DNA of 64,000 bases. Source: a candidate division FCPU426 bacterium (lineage in GTDB: Bacteria; Oederibacteriota; Muellerivitia; Muellerivitales; Muellerivitaceae). Shown one piece after another: positions 28,718-40,753 of this stretch (positions are counted from its first letter, which is position 1; every line of letters starts with the position of its first letter). The stretch is taken from positions 64,001 through 128,000 of the forward strand of contig CAWKAR010000026.1 in NCBI GenBank assembly GCA_963847625.1, in the 5' to 3' direction. The position numbers and the translations under genes are program-made. The notes below the pieces were generated by a model, which did no database searches, was not told the DNA's origin, and saw only the letters and a program-made list of their open reading frames with translations.

Positions 28718-31700
28718 TCATTCCTCGGAAGTTGCAGAAATTTTTTCTTCCTTCATTTGCTCGTTGAGGTTGGGATCTTTGACCGTGACTCGGATGGTGT
28801 AATCCTGGTCTGTGCTCAAATTTCCAATGACCGACTCATGGAAATAATCCCAATTGTTTTTTTCCGGAATAACTAGACGAATCAATTGGTTATCCGAGTC
28901 CAGAACGCGAATCTCGCTTTTCGTGACTTTGTCGGTGTTCCATTCCAAATGAAATTTTCCCGGCCCGACGGGGTAAATCTCGAATTTCTCAAAGCGAGGT
29001 TTTTCTTTATCCCCTTTTTTGGGCATAATGATATCTGGGATGGACTGTTTAAGATTAAAAAGAGCCGTGGTTTCTTGTTGTCCGTTTTGATTCGTACCAA
29101 CAGCCGTGCTGAAGGTCAATTTAGGATTTATAGCATATTCCAGGGCTAACCGCCCTTCTGGTACCGCATTACCTGTGCTAAGTTCACGTCCAACCCCAAA
29201 ATCCGTTTTTATAGTCAATTTCGGGCTGATGGGTTTTATGAACTCGACATTTCCTATCGTCTGGGTATCACCAACGACTCCCTTGATGACATTTCCCCCT
29301 GCCCCCGGCACGGGGGTCATGACCGTCGGCCCAGTACCGCCCGGAATGGGATTTCCTTGGAAGACAACATCTGTACCCAGGAATTTTTGAGTATAGGTCC
29401 TGGCAAAACGAGTCGCCTCGTTCAAGGCGATGCGGTTGATAGCGTCGATGGCTGCGGCACTTGCGGCCTGGCCGTACTTTTTTTGGTAATCCTGCTGTAA
29501 TTGCTGGCTATTGAGCCCGGTCAAGTCACTCCCGAATAAAATGTAGGACAAGAGAATTTTTTGCTGGACGTCCTTGTCGTTGGTGCTGAAGTGGGGATTG
29601 GAGTCCAAGGCAAAATCCACCTTACCGAAGGTTCCCTTGAAGTCCACCCATACATCCATATCTGTTTGGCGGGTATATCCATTGGTAGTAACATCAACGT
29701 TTAAAAGCTTGTCTATGCCCCTCCCCCTCATATAAGGCAATTTTCCCTTGGGGATGTCCAGATAGACGCTTTGAACGTTGAATCGGTGGCTTAAATAACT
29801 GAGGTATCCCTGGCTCGCCGTGGCCGTGCCATAACACTGGACTCCGGATTGCTGGGGGGTTTTATCGGAATCTTTTCCTTCGATCTTGATCTTGGAACTT
29901 TGGTCTACCTTGACCTCAAGGTATTGTGAATTGAAATCGTTCGAGTAGTAAGTTCCTGAGCCCGGAAGCAGGGTTAAATCGAAAACGACGTTGGAAAGTT
30001 CTTTGTAGTCGATTTTTTCTCCCTTCTCGTCAACCATCTCCACCGGCGGCCAGGTGTAATGGCCTGTTTCCAATTTTGCAGTTCCAATGACATGGGCCTC
30101 GGAGAGGGGTCCTTGGATGAGGAGAGGGTCCTCCGGTGTAGCACCGTAAAAATAAATCTCCCCCCATTCTCCCGGACGCATAATATCGGGAATATTGAGG
30201 AAAAGACCGTGATCCCCCACGGTCTTGACCCTGAAATCCAGGTATTGGGGGATAAAATTGACCAGCCTCATCTTGGTCTGGTCGGCGGGCGGTGAGCTGA
30301 TAAACACCCTTCCCTGCCCGATGCGGCCGCTTAAATCCTCCACAACCAGCCGGTTGTCCCGCACCTTGATTCGGCCGTTGATGTCCTCGATAGATTTAGC
30401 GACGAGCGTCGGGACCATCTGGCATTGTTTCAAGTCCAGGTCCAGGTTGAGGACGGGATCGTCCAGGGTCCCTCCCACATGGGCCGAGAAATCCATCTGG
30501 CCCGAGGCCTTTTTGGCGAGCCCCGCAGCCAGGAGCAGGCTGAAATCGCCCTGGGCCATCTGGGCGTTAATGTCCATTTCCTGGTTTCTCACCTTCAGCC
30601 AGCTTTCATGGTTCAAGGCAAGGGGCATCTTCCCCTCCACCTGGAGGCTATAAACCCCCTTCCGGGCGAACTGGAGGGGGGCTTCCTTGCTTCCGAGATA
30701 TAGGATGTTTTCCTTCGCCTGGACTTCCCCGTCCAGCAAATCAAACGGAAGGTCACCCACCTTCCCGTTGGAAACCGAAAGGGAACCCGTGAATATGGGA
30801 TCAGCCAAGGTCCCCTCGAGGATCAGGTGGTAATGGCCCGTTCCGGTGATGGGAAATCCCGGGAGCAGCCACTTCCCCACTTCCTCGATGGGAATATTCC
30901 CGGCGTCCGAGGTGAGGTGGCTTTCGCCCTGCAGGTCCAGGGTTCCGTCCACCGAGAAGGTACCCGGAGAATGAAGAAGACGGATGTCCTTGAACAAGAT
31001 TAAATCGCTTTTGGAAATATCCAATTGGCCGACCAATTGGGGTTTTTCCTCTTCCGACGGCAGGAATTCTATGATTTTCTTATGGATCCGAAGGGACAAA
31101 ACAAACGGGTTGGGTGTTTTCGTTCCTGTTTCCGGCCCCAGAATCGAGATTTTTCCCAGGAAGGTGGGCCGGTTCTCCTTTTCCTCCAGAGCCAATTTCC
31201 CGTCCAAATGGACCCGGCTGGACAAATTAAAAACCGCGATGGGCACATTGGAAGCGGAACCATCTAGGCTTAATGAAACTAGGGAGGGGTCCTCAGGGTC
31301 GGGCGCGAATTTACCGTCTTCGATGTTGATTTCACCGCGCGCGAGTGTGATCTTGTTTTTCTCCAGGAAAATTTTTCCCCCTGTTTCAGAAAAATGCAGT
31401 TTAGCCGAAGGAACCTGGTAGTTGTCGAACACCAGGTTTTCCCCATCCAGGGAAAAACCAACCAGGAGTTTAGCCCAAGTGCCGGACACGGATAGGTTTC
31501 CATTTACATCCCCCGCCACCCGATGTTTTTCCGAATTGATGCTTAAAAGCGACAGGATATTGGCGAATTTCTCGTCCTGGCAAGGGCCATTCATGTCGAT
31601 TCTGCATTCTGGATCCCAAACCGCATGAGGGGATGCCAAGGTGCCTGCCAGGGAATACTTGGCTTTGTCTTTTTCAAGGCTTAACTCCAGGGAGATTTGG

Positions 31701-34498
31701 GTTTTATCGCCTGAAAAGTTAAGTCCCAGCCTGTTGAATGCGTATTTCTGGACCATTCCCTCTGTCAAAAGAATGTTCCCGGAAAGGGGCAAATCGGATA
31801 AAGCCCCCTTGAGGGTGATTTTTCCCGAAATGGTCCCAGCGGTCTTTAAAGAAGGGGGGAAAAACTGTTCCAATTCCGGCATTTCAGCCAGGAGCGTCGG
31901 TTCGATTTTCAAGTCCGCCTGGATCTGGGCCCGGGTTTGAGAAAGGTCCAGGAAGGCGGATCCGGCGATGACTTTTCCTATATTGATACGGCCCCTCAAC
32001 CTCAAGTCATCGCAGGAAGCGCTCATGCTGAAATCCCTGAAGCGGTATGGGTTTTTCAAATCGCCGATGGAGTAATCCTTCGCAGCGAAAGTCCCATTCC
32101 AATTCTTCCAGAAGGGATCCCCTGTTTGGGCTTTCCAGGTGAAATCACCTGTCAGGTAAGGCCCATGTCCCAATTGGAATTTTTTCGCCGTCATGCGCAA
32201 TTCCATCGTTCCGGGATCAGAATGATAATTCCAACTTCCCGTGGCCAAGAAGTGGTTTTTACCCTGCCAAATTTTCAATTTCCGGATCTGAATTTTCCCC
32301 GGGTCGGGAGTCAAGAGAGCCTCCACCCGGTCCGCCCACCAATCCCCGGCTCGGAAAGATGTCACTGAGCCATCCCCATCCAGGATGGGATTCTTCCGAA
32401 TCCCCCCCAAATGGAAGTTACCCGTGATCGATCCCTTGAAGGGTTGGGGAGGATTGGTCCAATTTACCAAACCGGCCAGGGCACCGATGGGTATTCCAAC
32501 CGCTTTGATCCTCAAGTCAAGGGGTGATTCGTCTTTAAAGCCGACCCGTCCCTTGACGGAGAAAGCAGTACCCCATTCCAGATGGTTGAATTCAAGCTCC
32601 CCTGTTTTCAAGGCCAAGTCTCCGTTGAGGGGTTGCGGCTCCATGTCACCCATGACGACCTCGTCGGAGGAAAAAAGGATCTGCGCCTTCGGTTCCTTCC
32701 GCGTCCCGCTGATTAAAACGTCCCAATCCACATTACCGGCCACATCCGGGAATTGTTCCTTGAAAAAGGGGATATCCTGGACAGAAATATCCTTGCCGTG
32801 GATTTGAACGTCGATGGGTTTGTCCTCGTCCTTCGGCAAGTTGCCGGACCAACTGAGGTGTCCGGTTTTTTTCCCGAGGAAAAGCTCCAGTTTGTCGATT
32901 TGCCAGAAGTCGGTTTTTTCCGTGAATTTGCAGGCCATTTTTGTTTTCCCATTGATGGTGGAGGACATCTCCAGTTTTCCATCCTTCAATTGGGCCTTGT
33001 TTTGCATGTCGTACCTGAAAAGGTTATTCCTCAAGAAGCGGTTCAAAACAACTGAGCTCGTGCTGGAAAAAATCGGATCCTGCAATGTCCCGCCCACCGT
33101 GATTTGGCCGTCACCCGACAAATCCTTGATTCCATAGCCAGCGGGTAAAGCGCCCGTGTTCAAGCCGCTCAAGGAAGCCGTCAAGGAGATGGGGGCGTCG
33201 GACTTCCCGGAAAGGCCGATCATGCCTCCCCCGGTGAACCGGCCCCCGTACAGGTTTCCACCCAATTCCTGGATTTTGAACTGGCCAGCCTGGTACCCGC
33301 CCTGGACGTTAAGGGAATCCAACAGCAGTTTGCCGATATGGGATGTTCCCAGCTCGGCCTTCCCGGACAGGATGGGGTCCTGAAAGGTACCAGACGCCTC
33401 CAGGACGGCTTTCCCCTCTCCGTCGCTTTTGAACGCCTTGATTTTCAGGATGTCGCTGAAGAAGCTGGAGAGATACAAATGATCCGTCGAGGTCTTAAAA
33501 GCCAGGGGGCTGTTGTCGAAGGGGATGCTTCCTTTGGCCGACCAGGGGGTGTCGCCGGTGAAAAACCGGAGTTCCTCCGGGATATTGATGCCGTTCGGGC
33601 GGACAAAGGCTCTCCCGTTGATGCCCGAGAAAACCACCCCGATCGGGCCCGGAGCCGCAACGGTGGCCTCGTGAACGTTGATTTTCGCGTCATACCACAT
33701 TCCCCGGGAGAGCCGGAACACCAGGGGGATTTCAGCGTCCAGGGTTCCCGCCGTCAACTGCCAACCCGCCAGATCCTTCAAGACGGAACCCGCGGAGGCC
33801 AGGGGCCAGTGATCCAGGAAGGCGCGGCCCGATATCTTTAAATCATCCAGATGAAGGCTGCCGTTATACCGGAGGGATCCGGGATGGGTGCCCGCCTCTG
33901 AATGGGCGGAAAAGATAAGGGACCAGCTTTTCCCGTCCTGGGAAAGGGCATCGAAATCAACATCCGCCAGGATGTTTCGGGACACCTTCCCCGACTGGAT
34001 GAAAAAGGAGCCCAGACGGACGTTGACCCGGGGGGCCGGCACCATCAGCATGGGAATCGGAATGGGCGTGGAGAAGGAGGTCGCGGCACCGGTTGGCGGG
34101 GGATTCGAGTCCATGTGAATGAGAAAAACCTGGGGATGGATGAAGGAAAGACTCCGCAAGCAGCTTTCCAGGTCCTTTTTCAGAAAAAGCAGGTCCACGA
34201 GATCAAGGTTGATGGCGACTTGATCGACCAGCAAGCGGGTCTTCCAGGGAATTCCATCCAGGGACATGGAAACATGGTTGAGGATGACATCCCCGGTTAA
34301 GCCCCCGCGCACGGATTCGATGGCTACGGACGAATGGAGGCTTTTGGCGAGTTCCTTCTCCACGAGAGGCCGCAGTTGGGTATCCACGATCCGGTTGAAA
34401 AATAGGAAGGCGCATCCCAGGACCGCCAAGGCCAGCCCGGTGCCCAGAAACCACCTGGATTTACGGGGCTTCCCGTCCATGTTAAGACTTCGAGTCAA
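28718..34498 (-). CDS. tamB: TamB/AsmA-like protein with extra C-terminal FN3-like domain
   Basis: N-terminal TM anchor, repeated beta-taco motifs (G.L..P...G), DUF490-like region; located next to bamA. Confidence 0.8.
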   Translation of the reverse strand: MTRSLNMDGKPRKSRWFLGTGLALAVLGCAFLFFNRIVDTQLRPLVEKELAKSLHSSVAIESVRGGLTGDVILNHVSMSLDGIPWKTRLLVDQVAINLDLVDLLFLKKDLESCLRSLSFIHPQVFLIHMDSNPPPTGAATSFSTPIPIPMLMVPAPRVNVRLGSFFIQSGKVSRNILADVDFDALSQDGKSWSLIFSAHSEAGTHPGSLRYNGSLHLDDLKISGRAFLDHWPLASAGSVLKDLAGWQLTAGTLDAEIPLVFRLSRGMWYDAKINVHEATVAAPGPIGVVFSGINGRAFVRPNGINIPEELRFFTGDTPWSAKGSIPFDNSPLAFKTSTDHLYLSSFFSDILKIKAFKSDGEGKAVLEASGTFQDPILSGKAELGTSHIGKLLLDSLNVQGGYQAGQFKIQELGGNLYGGRFTGGGMIGLSGKSDAPISLTASLSGLNTGALPAGYGIKDLSGDGQITVGGTLQDPIFSSTSSVVLNRFLRNNLFRYDMQNKAQLKDGKLEMSSTINGKTKMACKFTEKTDFWQIDKLELFLGKKTGHLSWSGNLPKDEDKPIDVQIHGKDISVQDIPFFKEQFPDVAGNVDWDVLISGTRKEPKAQILFSSDEVVMGDMEPQPLNGDLALKTGELEFNHLEWGTAFSVKGRVGFKDESPLDLRIKAVGIPIGALAGLVNWTNPPQPFKGSITGNFHLGGIRKNPILDGDGSVTSFRAGDWWADRVEALLTPDPGKIQIRKLKIWQGKNHFLATGSWNYHSDPGTMELRMTAKKFQLGHGPYLTGDFTWKAQTGDPFWKNWNGTFAAKDYSIGDLKNPYRFRDFSMSASCDDLRLRGRINIGKVIAGSAFLDLSQTRAQIQADLKIEPTLLAEMPELEQFFPPSLKTAGTISGKITLKGALSDLPLSGNILLTEGMVQKYAFNRLGLNFSGDKTQISLELSLEKDKAKYSLAGTLASPHAVWDPECRIDMNGPCQDEKFANILSLLSINSEKHRVAGDVNGNLSVSGTWAKLLVGFSLDGENLVFDNYQVPSAKLHFSETGGKIFLEKNKITLARGEINIEDGKFAPDPEDPSLVSLSLDGSASNVPIAVFNLSSRVHLDGKLALEEKENRPTFLGKISILGPETGTKTPNPFVLSLRIHKKIIEFLPSEEEKPQLVGQLDISKSDLILFKDIRLLHSPGTFSVDGTLDLQGESHLTSDAGNIPIEEVGKWLLPGFPITGTGHYHLILEGTLADPIFTGSLSVSNGKVGDLPFDLLDGEVQAKENILYLGSKEAPLQFARKGVYSLQVEGKMPLALNHESWLKVRNQEMDINAQMAQGDFSLLLAAGLAKKASGQMDFSAHVGGTLDDPVLNLDLDLKQCQMVPTLVAKSIEDINGRIKVRDNRLVVEDLSGRIGQGRVFISSPPADQTKMRLVNFIPQYLDFRVKTVGDHGLFLNIPDIMRPGEWGEIYFYGATPEDPLLIQGPLSEAHVIGTAKLETGHYTWPPVEMVDEKGEKIDYKELSNVVFDLTLLPGSGTYYSNDFNSQYLEVKVDQSSKIKIEGKDSDKTPQQSGVQCYGTATASQGYLSYLSHRFNVQSVYLDIPKGKLPYMRGRGIDKLLNVDVTTNGYTRQTDMDVWVDFKGTFGKVDFALDSNPHFSTNDKDVQQKILLSYILFGSDLTGLNSQQLQQDYQKKYGQAASAAAIDAINRIALNEATRFARTYTQKFLGTDVVFQGNPIPGGTGPTVMTPVPGAGGNVIKGVVGDTQTIGNVEFIKPISPKLTIKTDFGVGRELSTGNAVPEGRLALEYAINPKLTFSTAVGTNQNGQQETTALFNLKQSIPDIIMPKKGDKEKPRFEKFEIYPVGPGKFHLEWNTDKVTKSEIRVLDSDNQLIRLVIPEKNNWDYFHESVIGNLSTDQDYTIRVTVKDPNLNEQMKEEKISATSEE

Positions 34499-36945
34499 AC
34501 TGCGGTGGGAGACGCGGGTTGGGGTTCTTCGGCCGTGAATGACAAATGATCCCCCGCGGACTTTAGCAGGAGGCGCTTACCTTCTTTCACGGTTCCCCGA
34601 AGCAATTCCTCCGCCAACGCGTCTTCCACGTACCGCTGGATGGTTCGTTTCATCTGCCGCGCTCCGTATAACTTGTCGAAGCCTTTCTCGATCAGGAAAT
34701 CCCGGCCGGACTCGTCCAAAGCCAGGGTGATGTTCTTCTCCTTCAGCCTCTTCTCAACGTCCTCCAACTGGATATCCACGATTTTTTCCAGGTGGCGGCG
34801 TTCCAGGGGATGGAACGTGATGATGTCGTCCACCCGGTTCAGGAACTCCGGATTGAAGGCTTTTCTCAGTTCGGCCTGGATCTTGGTTTTCATGCTGCTA
34901 AAGGGCTCAGCCGCCCTTTCCGAGCTGAAGCCGAGGCTCTTCTCGAGGCCGAGTTCCTTAGTGCCAAGGTTGCTGGTCATGATAACTACGGTGTTGCGGA
35001 AATCGACCGCGCGGCCCAGGCTGTCGGTCAGGCGGCCGTCCTCCAAAACCTGGAGTAGGATATTGAATATCTCCGGGTGGGCCTTCTCGATCTCGTCGAA
35101 CAGGACCACGCTGTAAGGTTTACGGCGGACCTTTTCGGTCAACTGGCCCCCTTCGTCGTGGCCCACGTACCCCGGGGGGGCGCCGGCCAGGCGGGAGACA
35201 TTGAATTTTTCCATGTACTCGCTCATATCGAAACGGATCAGGGCGTCCTCGTCGTCGAAAAGGTACTGGGCCAGGGCGCGGGCCAGTTCGGTTTTTCCAA
35301 CGCCTGAGGGGCCCATGAACATGAAACTCCCGATGGGCTTCTTGGGATTCCCGATTCCCGCGCGGCTCCGGCGGATGGCCTTGGAGAGGGAGTCAATGGC
35401 CTCGTCCTGGCCCACGATGCGCTTGTGGAGTTCTTCCTCCATTCTCAGGAGTTTTTCGCTCTCTTTTTCACCCAATTTAATCATGGGGATGCCGGTCCAT
35501 TTGGAAGCCACGTAGGCGATGTCTTCCCAGCTCACGACTGCTTCTTCCTTGGATTTCTTGGCCTCCCACTTCTCCTTCTCTTCCTGCAGCTTCTGGCGCA
35601 TTTTTTTCATCTTGTCCCGAAGGTCGGCCGCGCGCTCGAATTCCTGAGTCTTGATGGCCTCTTCTTTCTCCTGCTTGACCTTCTCCACTTCCTTTTCCAG
35701 GTTCCGGATTTCCGGGGGCATGGTGGTGATGCGCAGGCGCGTACGGCTTCCGGCCTCGTCGATGAGGTCGATGGCCTTGTCCGGAAGGAAGCGGCCGGAG
35801 ATGAACCGATGGGAAAGGCGGGCCGCGGCCTCGACGGCGTCATCGGTAATTCGCACCCGGTGATGGGCCTCATAGCGGTCCCGGAGGCCCTTGATGATCA
35901 GAATGGTTTCATCCACGGAGGGTTCATCCACCATGATCATCTGGAAACGGCGCTCCAGAGCGCCGTCCTTCTCGATGTACTTGCGGTATTCGTTCAGGGT
36001 GGTGGCGCCGATGCACTGCAGTTCCCCGCGGGCCAAAGCAGGCTTGAGCATGTTGGAGGCGTCGATAGCGCCCTCGGCGGCGCCGGCCCCCACCAGGGTA
36101 TGCAGCTCGTCAATAAACAGGATCACCTTGCCCGACTGGCGGATTTCGTTGATGACGGCTTTCAGCCGCTCCTCGAACTCGCCGCGGTACTTGGTGCCCG
36201 CCACCAGGGCGGCCAGGTCCAAGGTCACGATACGCTTGTCCAGAAGGGCCTCGGGAATGTTCCCTTCCTTGATACGCTGGGCCAGTCCTTCGGCGATGGC
36301 GGTTTTTCCCACGCCAGGCTCCCCGATAAGGACGGGGTTGTTCTTCGTCCGCCGGGAGAGAATTTGGATCACCCTTTCAATCTCGTCATCCCGCCCGATC
36401 ACCGGGTCCAGCTTGCCGTCCCGTGCCAACTGGGTCAAATCCCGGCCAAAGGTGTCCAAAGCCGGGGTTTTGGACTTCTTGACCTGCTTGGAAAATTTCG
36501 GGAAAGTCCCGCCCAGGAGGTTGATGACCATGTCCCGGGATTTCTCGTACGTCACGCCCAGATTCTCCAAGGCCCGGGCCGCCACGCCCTCCCCTTCCTG
36601 GATCACGCCCAATAAAAGGTGTTCGGTGCCGATATAATTGTGGCCCAATTTCTGGGACTCTTCGGCGGCCAATTCCAATACTTTCTTGGCCGATGGGGTG
36701 AATTGGGGATCACCGATGGTCAGGGTATCTGAGGAGGGGGTGGTCAGGTTTTCAACCTCGATTCGAACCGTCTCCAGATCCACACCCAGTGACTCCAATA
36801 CCGCCACCGCCACTCCGCCGCCTTCCCGGATCAAACCCAACAACAAGTGCTCGGTGCCAATGAAATTGTGGTTCAGCCTTCTGGCCTCTTCCTTGGCCAG
36901 GGGATTGATGACTTTTTTCGCCCTTTCGGTGAATCGTTCGAACAT
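34495..36945 (-). CDS. clpC: ATP-dependent Clp protease ATP-binding subunit ClpC
   Basis: [17 protein letters not shown] x2, [11 protein letters not shown] coiled coil, [11 protein letters not shown] loop. Confidence 0.97.
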   Translation of the reverse strand: MFERFTERAKKVINPLAKEEARRLNHNFIGTEHLLLGLIREGGGVAVAVLESLGVDLETVRIEVENLTTPSSDTLTIGDPQFTPSAKKVLELAAEESQKLGHNYIGTEHLLLGVIQEGEGVAARALENLGVTYEKSRDMVINLLGGTFPKFSKQVKKSKTPALDTFGRDLTQLARDGKLDPVIGRDDEIERVIQILSRRTKNNPVLIGEPGVGKTAIAEGLAQRIKEGNIPEALLDKRIVTLDLAALVAGTKYRGEFEERLKAVINEIRQSGKVILFIDELHTLVGAGAAEGAIDASNMLKPALARGELQCIGATTLNEYRKYIEKDGALERRFQMIMVDEPSVDETILIIKGLRDRYEAHHRVRITDDAVEAAARLSHRFISGRFLPDKAIDLIDEAGSRTRLRITTMPPEIRNLEKEVEKVKQEKEEAIKTQEFERAADLRDKMKKMRQKLQEEKEKWEAKKSKEEAVVSWEDIAYVASKWTGIPMIKLGEKESEKLLRMEEELHKRIVGQDEAIDSLSKAIRRSRAGIGNPKKPIGSFMFMGPSGVGKTELARALAQYLFDDEDALIRFDMSEYMEKFNVSRLAGAPPGYVGHDEGGQLTEKVRRKPYSVVLFDEIEKAHPEIFNILLQVLEDGRLTDSLGRAVDFRNTVVIMTSNLGTKELGLEKSLGFSSERAAEPFSSMKTKIQAELRKAFNPEFLNRVDDIITFHPLERRHLEKIVDIQLEDVEKRLKEKNITLALDESGRDFLIEKGFDKLYGARQMKRTIQRYVEDALAEELLRGTVKEGKRLLLKSAGDHLSFTAEEPQPASPTAV

Positions 36946-37062
36946 TGAAATCTCCTTGAATTCGTTAGCCGTCTTTTATCAGAGCAAATTTGGGCGGATT
37001 CCCTAAAAATACCGGCAACAAACCATTGCCGAAAACCCAGATCTAACACCTATCGTCTCTCT

Positions 37063-38124
37063 TTAGACGGCTTCCACACCCTTTAAAACCTTTCCCAGGA
37101 ATTTGGCCCTTTCCAAGGCTTCCTGCTCGGGATTCAACTCCCGGGCCGCAATCTTCGTGAGATGGGCTGGTTGTATTAAGATGAGAAGGCTGTTTAAGTT
37201 TGGCAAGTCGATGCCGGTTAATATTTTCTGTTCGATCCCCACCCGGATGGCGGACAACTCGTCCAAAGCTTCCTGGAGTGAGATTATTTTAGCATTTTTC
37301 AAGGTTCCCAGGGCCCGGCATATGCGGTCCCGGATCCGGATCCCCTCCTGTTTAAACACCGCTTTTTTGGTATGTTGTTCCACTTCTACCATTTGACGCG
37401 CCATGCGCTCCACATGTTCCACGATTTCCAAGCCCCGCTTACCCAGGGAAAATTGGTTTGAAATCTGGAAATACGCGCTGACCACCTGGGTGCTCTCCCC
37501 CTGGATTCCCCGGACGATCAAGCCCACCTGAGTCACCCCCTGGAGGACCTGGGAAATGCGGTTGCTGTAGGTGAGGGCGGGAAGATGGATCAGGACGCTT
37601 GCCCTGAGGGCAAGGCCCAGGTTGGTGGGGCAGGCTGTCAGGTAACCCAGCTGGGGGTCCTTGGCATAAGGAAGGCGGGCGGCTAGGGCCCGGTCAATCT
37701 GGGTCATCTCATGGAAACCCTTCCGGAGGTTCAACCCAGTCCGGAAGACCTGGATCCTCAAATGATCCTCTTCGTTTACGAGAATGCTCAGGCCCGACTT
37801 CGAGTCAAAAGCCACAGCGCTTTCCCCCAGGCTGGCGGCGTGCTCGGCCGAGATCAATTGGTGTTCGGTCAGGAACTGCCGGTCCAGGGAGGAGATTTCC
37901 TTCAGCCGGACAAACCGCAGGTCCTTAAATTGGGGCTCACTCGTCAGAACATGCTGGACCGCTTCCAGGATTTCCTTTTGCTCGTTCGCGCTGGCGTGAT
38001 GGGGGAATTTCCTTCCCTCCAGGTTGCGAGCGAGGCGCAAACGGCTGGAGACCACGACTTCCCCCAAGGGTCCCATCTGGGTGAACCATTCCCCCGCGGA
38101 GGATAAAAGTTCCTCAAAAGCCAT
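37063..38124 (-). CDS. mcsB: Protein arginine kinase McsB
   Basis: SSRLRLARN, NEEDHLR, YLTACPTNLG, FQISNQ. Confidence 0.93.
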   Translation of the reverse strand: MAFEELLSSAGEWFTQMGPLGEVVVSSRLRLARNLEGRKFPHHASANEQKEILEAVQHVLTSEPQFKDLRFVRLKEISSLDRQFLTEHQLISAEHAASLGESAVAFDSKSGLSILVNEEDHLRIQVFRTGLNLRKGFHEMTQIDRALAARLPYAKDPQLGYLTACPTNLGLALRASVLIHLPALTYSNRISQVLQGVTQVGLIVRGIQGESTQVVSAYFQISNQFSLGKRGLEIVEHVERMARQMVEVEQHTKKAVFKQEGIRIRDRICRALGTLKNAKIISLQEALDELSAIRVGIEQKILTGIDLPNLNSLLILIQPAHLTKIAARELNPEQEALERAKFLGKVLKGVEAV

Positions 38125-38126
38125 GG

Positions 38127-38693
38127 CTATTCCTTTTCCATCCGCTGGATTTCATCCCGTAGCTGGGCCGCTTCCTCGTACTTTTCCTTTTGAACCGCTT
38201 CCTTTAATTTCTTCCGCAATTGGGCGATTTGTGATTCCTTGGGGGTTTTCGGCTCCTGGACCGCCGGGACATCCGGGGAGACGGCCTCATGTTGTTCCTC
38301 GGCGTGGCGGATATTCCCATGGATGCCCGTGATTAAAGGTTCTAAGGTTTCCCTAAAGGACTCGTAACAATGGGTGCAACCCAACCGGCCGTTCAAGTGG
38401 AAAGTGGATAACTGATATCCGCATTGGGGGCATTGGAGCTGGCCCTCCTTCATGGGCATCGGGACCCTTCCCGGCTCCCCTTCGGCGGCGTTAGCCTGGC
38501 CCCAGGGCATGAAATTGGAGATGAATTCCGTGAGAGCCGCGAATGGGTTGAAATTCAGCGGGTTTATTCCACCGTAAGCCCGGTTTTGTTCCTGAGCGCA
38601 CACCTCGCAGAGGTGCGCTTGCGAGGTCTGGTTTCCCACGGTCTGGGAAATGAACACCGTCGCCTGTCGTTGTCCGCATTTCTGGCAGAGCAT
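38127..38693 (-). CDS. mcsA: McsA activator (CxxC motifs plus UVR domain)
   Basis: MLCQKC, LCEVCA, CPQCG, GRLGCTHCY, EKYEEAAQLRD. Confidence 0.93.
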   Translation of the reverse strand: MLCQKCGQRQATVFISQTVGNQTSQAHLCEVCAQEQNRAYGGINPLNFNPFAALTEFISNFMPWGQANAAEGEPGRVPMPMKEGQLQCPQCGYQLSTFHLNGRLGCTHCYESFRETLEPLITGIHGNIRHAEEQHEAVSPDVPAVQEPKTPKESQIAQLRKKLKEAVQKEKYEEAAQLRDEIQRMEKE

Positions 38694-38755
38694 TTGCTTA
38701 CCTCAAACTATCATCGAAATTTTCAACCAGCACCGAAAGTCGAATCATCCCAAAG

Positions 38756-39436
38756 TCACGTTTTTCGTTTAGTCACCCGCCCCGCGTTTAAAGTTAACAC
38801 ATGGTCCGCGCGTTTGGCCAGCGGCTCGTAGTGTGTCACCACGATGAGAGTCCGGCCCTCTTTCTGGCAAAGCTCCCAGAGCGCGTCATGGATTCCCTCG
38901 GCGGTCCGGCTGTCCAGGTTTCCGGTGGGTTCGTCTGCCAGGATGATCTCTGGTTCGTTCATGACCGCCCGGCAAACGGCCACCCTTTGCTGTTCCCCTC
39001 CCGAGAGTTCCCCGGGCTTGTGGTTCATGCGCGCGGAAAGACCCACCTGCTCCAATAGTTTTTTGGCGCGGGAGAGGCATTCCTCGTAGGGACGCCGTCC
39101 CACCCTGCCAGGCAAGATCACGTTTTCCAGGGCGGTCAGCTCCGGCATCAGGTAATGAAACTGGAAAACGAACCCGAACGCTTTATTGCGCAGGACGGCC
39201 AGTTCCTCCGAGGCCATCTCGTAAAGGGACTTGTCCTTGAAAAAAACCTTGCCGACGGAAGGGCTGCTCAACCCCCCCAAGAGGGTCAAGAGCGTGCTTT
39301 TCCCGGACCCTGACGGCCCCAGGATGACGGTGATATCTCCTGCGTCCAAGGTGAAGCTGACTTCCTGGAGGGCCTGGACCACCTCCCCATCCAGGGAGAA
39401 GATCTTGCTGACATTATCGACCTTTAATATTTCCAT
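38756..39436 (-). CDS. lolD: Lipoprotein-releasing ABC transporter ATPase
   Basis: GPSGSGKST, GFVFQFHYL, LSGGEQQR, ADEPTGNLD. Confidence 0.88.
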   Translation of the reverse strand: MEILKVDNVSKIFSLDGEVVQALQEVSFTLDAGDITVILGPSGSGKSTLLTLLGGLSSPSVGKVFFKDKSLYEMASEELAVLRNKAFGFVFQFHYLMPELTALENVILPGRVGRRPYEECLSRAKKLLEQVGLSARMNHKPGELSGGEQQRVAVCRAVMNEPEIILADEPTGNLDSRTAEGIHDALWELCQKEGRTLIVVTHYEPLAKRADHVLTLNAGRVTKRKT

Positions 39437-39451
39437 TCAAACCTTTCCCGA

Positions 39452-40705
39452 TCAACCTAAGCGGATGGCTTCCACCGGCTCCAGCTTGGCGGCTTGCCTG
39501 GCCGGGTAAAGAGTGGCTATAAAGCACAACAACACCGACATCACGGGAATGATGAGGAAGTTGACACGGGGGTCCACCTTGACCGGTAGGCGGTCGATGT
39601 AATAGACCATCCCGCCTCCGGGCATGGGAATAGGGACTCGGGCGATGATCTCACAAAGGACGTAACCCCCAAGAAGCCCCACGAGAATGCCGATCACGCC
39701 GATGAACATCCCATCGAAGATGAAAATCAAGGTGATGCTGCGGTGCGTGCCGCCCATGGCCTTCAGGATGCCGATCTCTTTCGTCTTTTCGATAACCATC
39801 ATGGTCAGAGGATTCACGATGTTCAAGGCCGCCACCAGGACGATCAGCGAAAGGATGATGCCCATGACCCATTTCTCGGTCTGTAGGGCAACAAAGAGGT
39901 TGTGGTTCATCTGAAGCCAGTCCTGGACGAAATACTTGCCGTGGAACTTTTCCCGGATTTCCTTGGCCAACGCTGGCGCCAGGTCCACGTTGTCCACCTT
40001 GACGGCAACCCCCGTGACGTTATCCTCCAGTTGGTACATCTTCCGGCCGTTATCCAGGGAAACATAGGTGTATGCCGAGTCGTAATCGTACATGCCGGTG
40101 GACAATATCCCCACCACCTGGTATTTCACGCTCTTGGGCATCATGCCCAGCGGAGTGGCTTGAAGGATGGGAAGGAATAGCACTAAATCATCCCCCACGT
40201 TTACATGCAGGCGCTGGGCCAATTCCGCCCCCAGGAATATCCTCTCCGACCTGCCGGAGGCGGTGTCGGGCGGGCTTTTCAAGTCCACGGCCTTGGCTTC
40301 CCACAAATATTTGTTCAAGTCCGCGATGGCCTGTGGCGCATCTGGATCCACGCCCCAGACCATCACGCCCAGGGAGCGTTCCTTGGAACGGGCCAGGGCT
40401 TGGCCTTCCACGTAGGGGCCGACCGCCTTCACATGATCCATTTGCCGGATGGTTTGCGTGATCTGGTCGAAGTCGCCGATGGGATGGTTCTGGTATCCCG
40501 AGACGATGATATGGGCGTTCAAACCGATGATTTTGGCCTTCAAATCCTCGTCGAAACCGTTCATGACCGAGAGAACCACGTTCAAGGCCATGACCCCGAT
40601 GGCCACGCCCGCCACCGATATCCAGGTCAGGATGGATATGGCGGTTCTCTTGCGCTTGGAGCGCAGGTAACGCAGGCCAAGGAATATTTCAAATGGTAGG
40701 TTCAT
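39452..40705 (-). CDS. lolE: Lipoprotein-releasing ABC transporter permease LolC/E
   Basis: LRYLR, VLSVMNGF, KEIGILKAMG, YPARQAA. Confidence 0.88.
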   Translation of the reverse strand: MNLPFEIFLGLRYLRSKRKRTAISILTWISVAGVAIGVMALNVVLSVMNGFDEDLKAKIIGLNAHIIVSGYQNHPIGDFDQITQTIRQMDHVKAVGPYVEGQALARSKERSLGVMVWGVDPDAPQAIADLNKYLWEAKAVDLKSPPDTASGRSERIFLGAELAQRLHVNVGDDLVLFLPILQATPLGMMPKSVKYQVVGILSTGMYDYDSAYTYVSLDNGRKMYQLEDNVTGVAVKVDNVDLAPALAKEIREKFHGKYFVQDWLQMNHNLFVALQTEKWVMGIILSLIVLVAALNIVNPLTMMVIEKTKEIGILKAMGGTHRSITLIFIFDGMFIGVIGILVGLLGGYVLCEIIARVPIPMPGGGMVYYIDRLPVKVDPRVNFLIIPVMSVLLCFIATLYPARQAAKLEPVEAIRLG

Positions 40706-40753
40706 TCGAAGCTTTTTATTACTCCCTTTCCCCCATCGGCGGAGGGTTCATCA

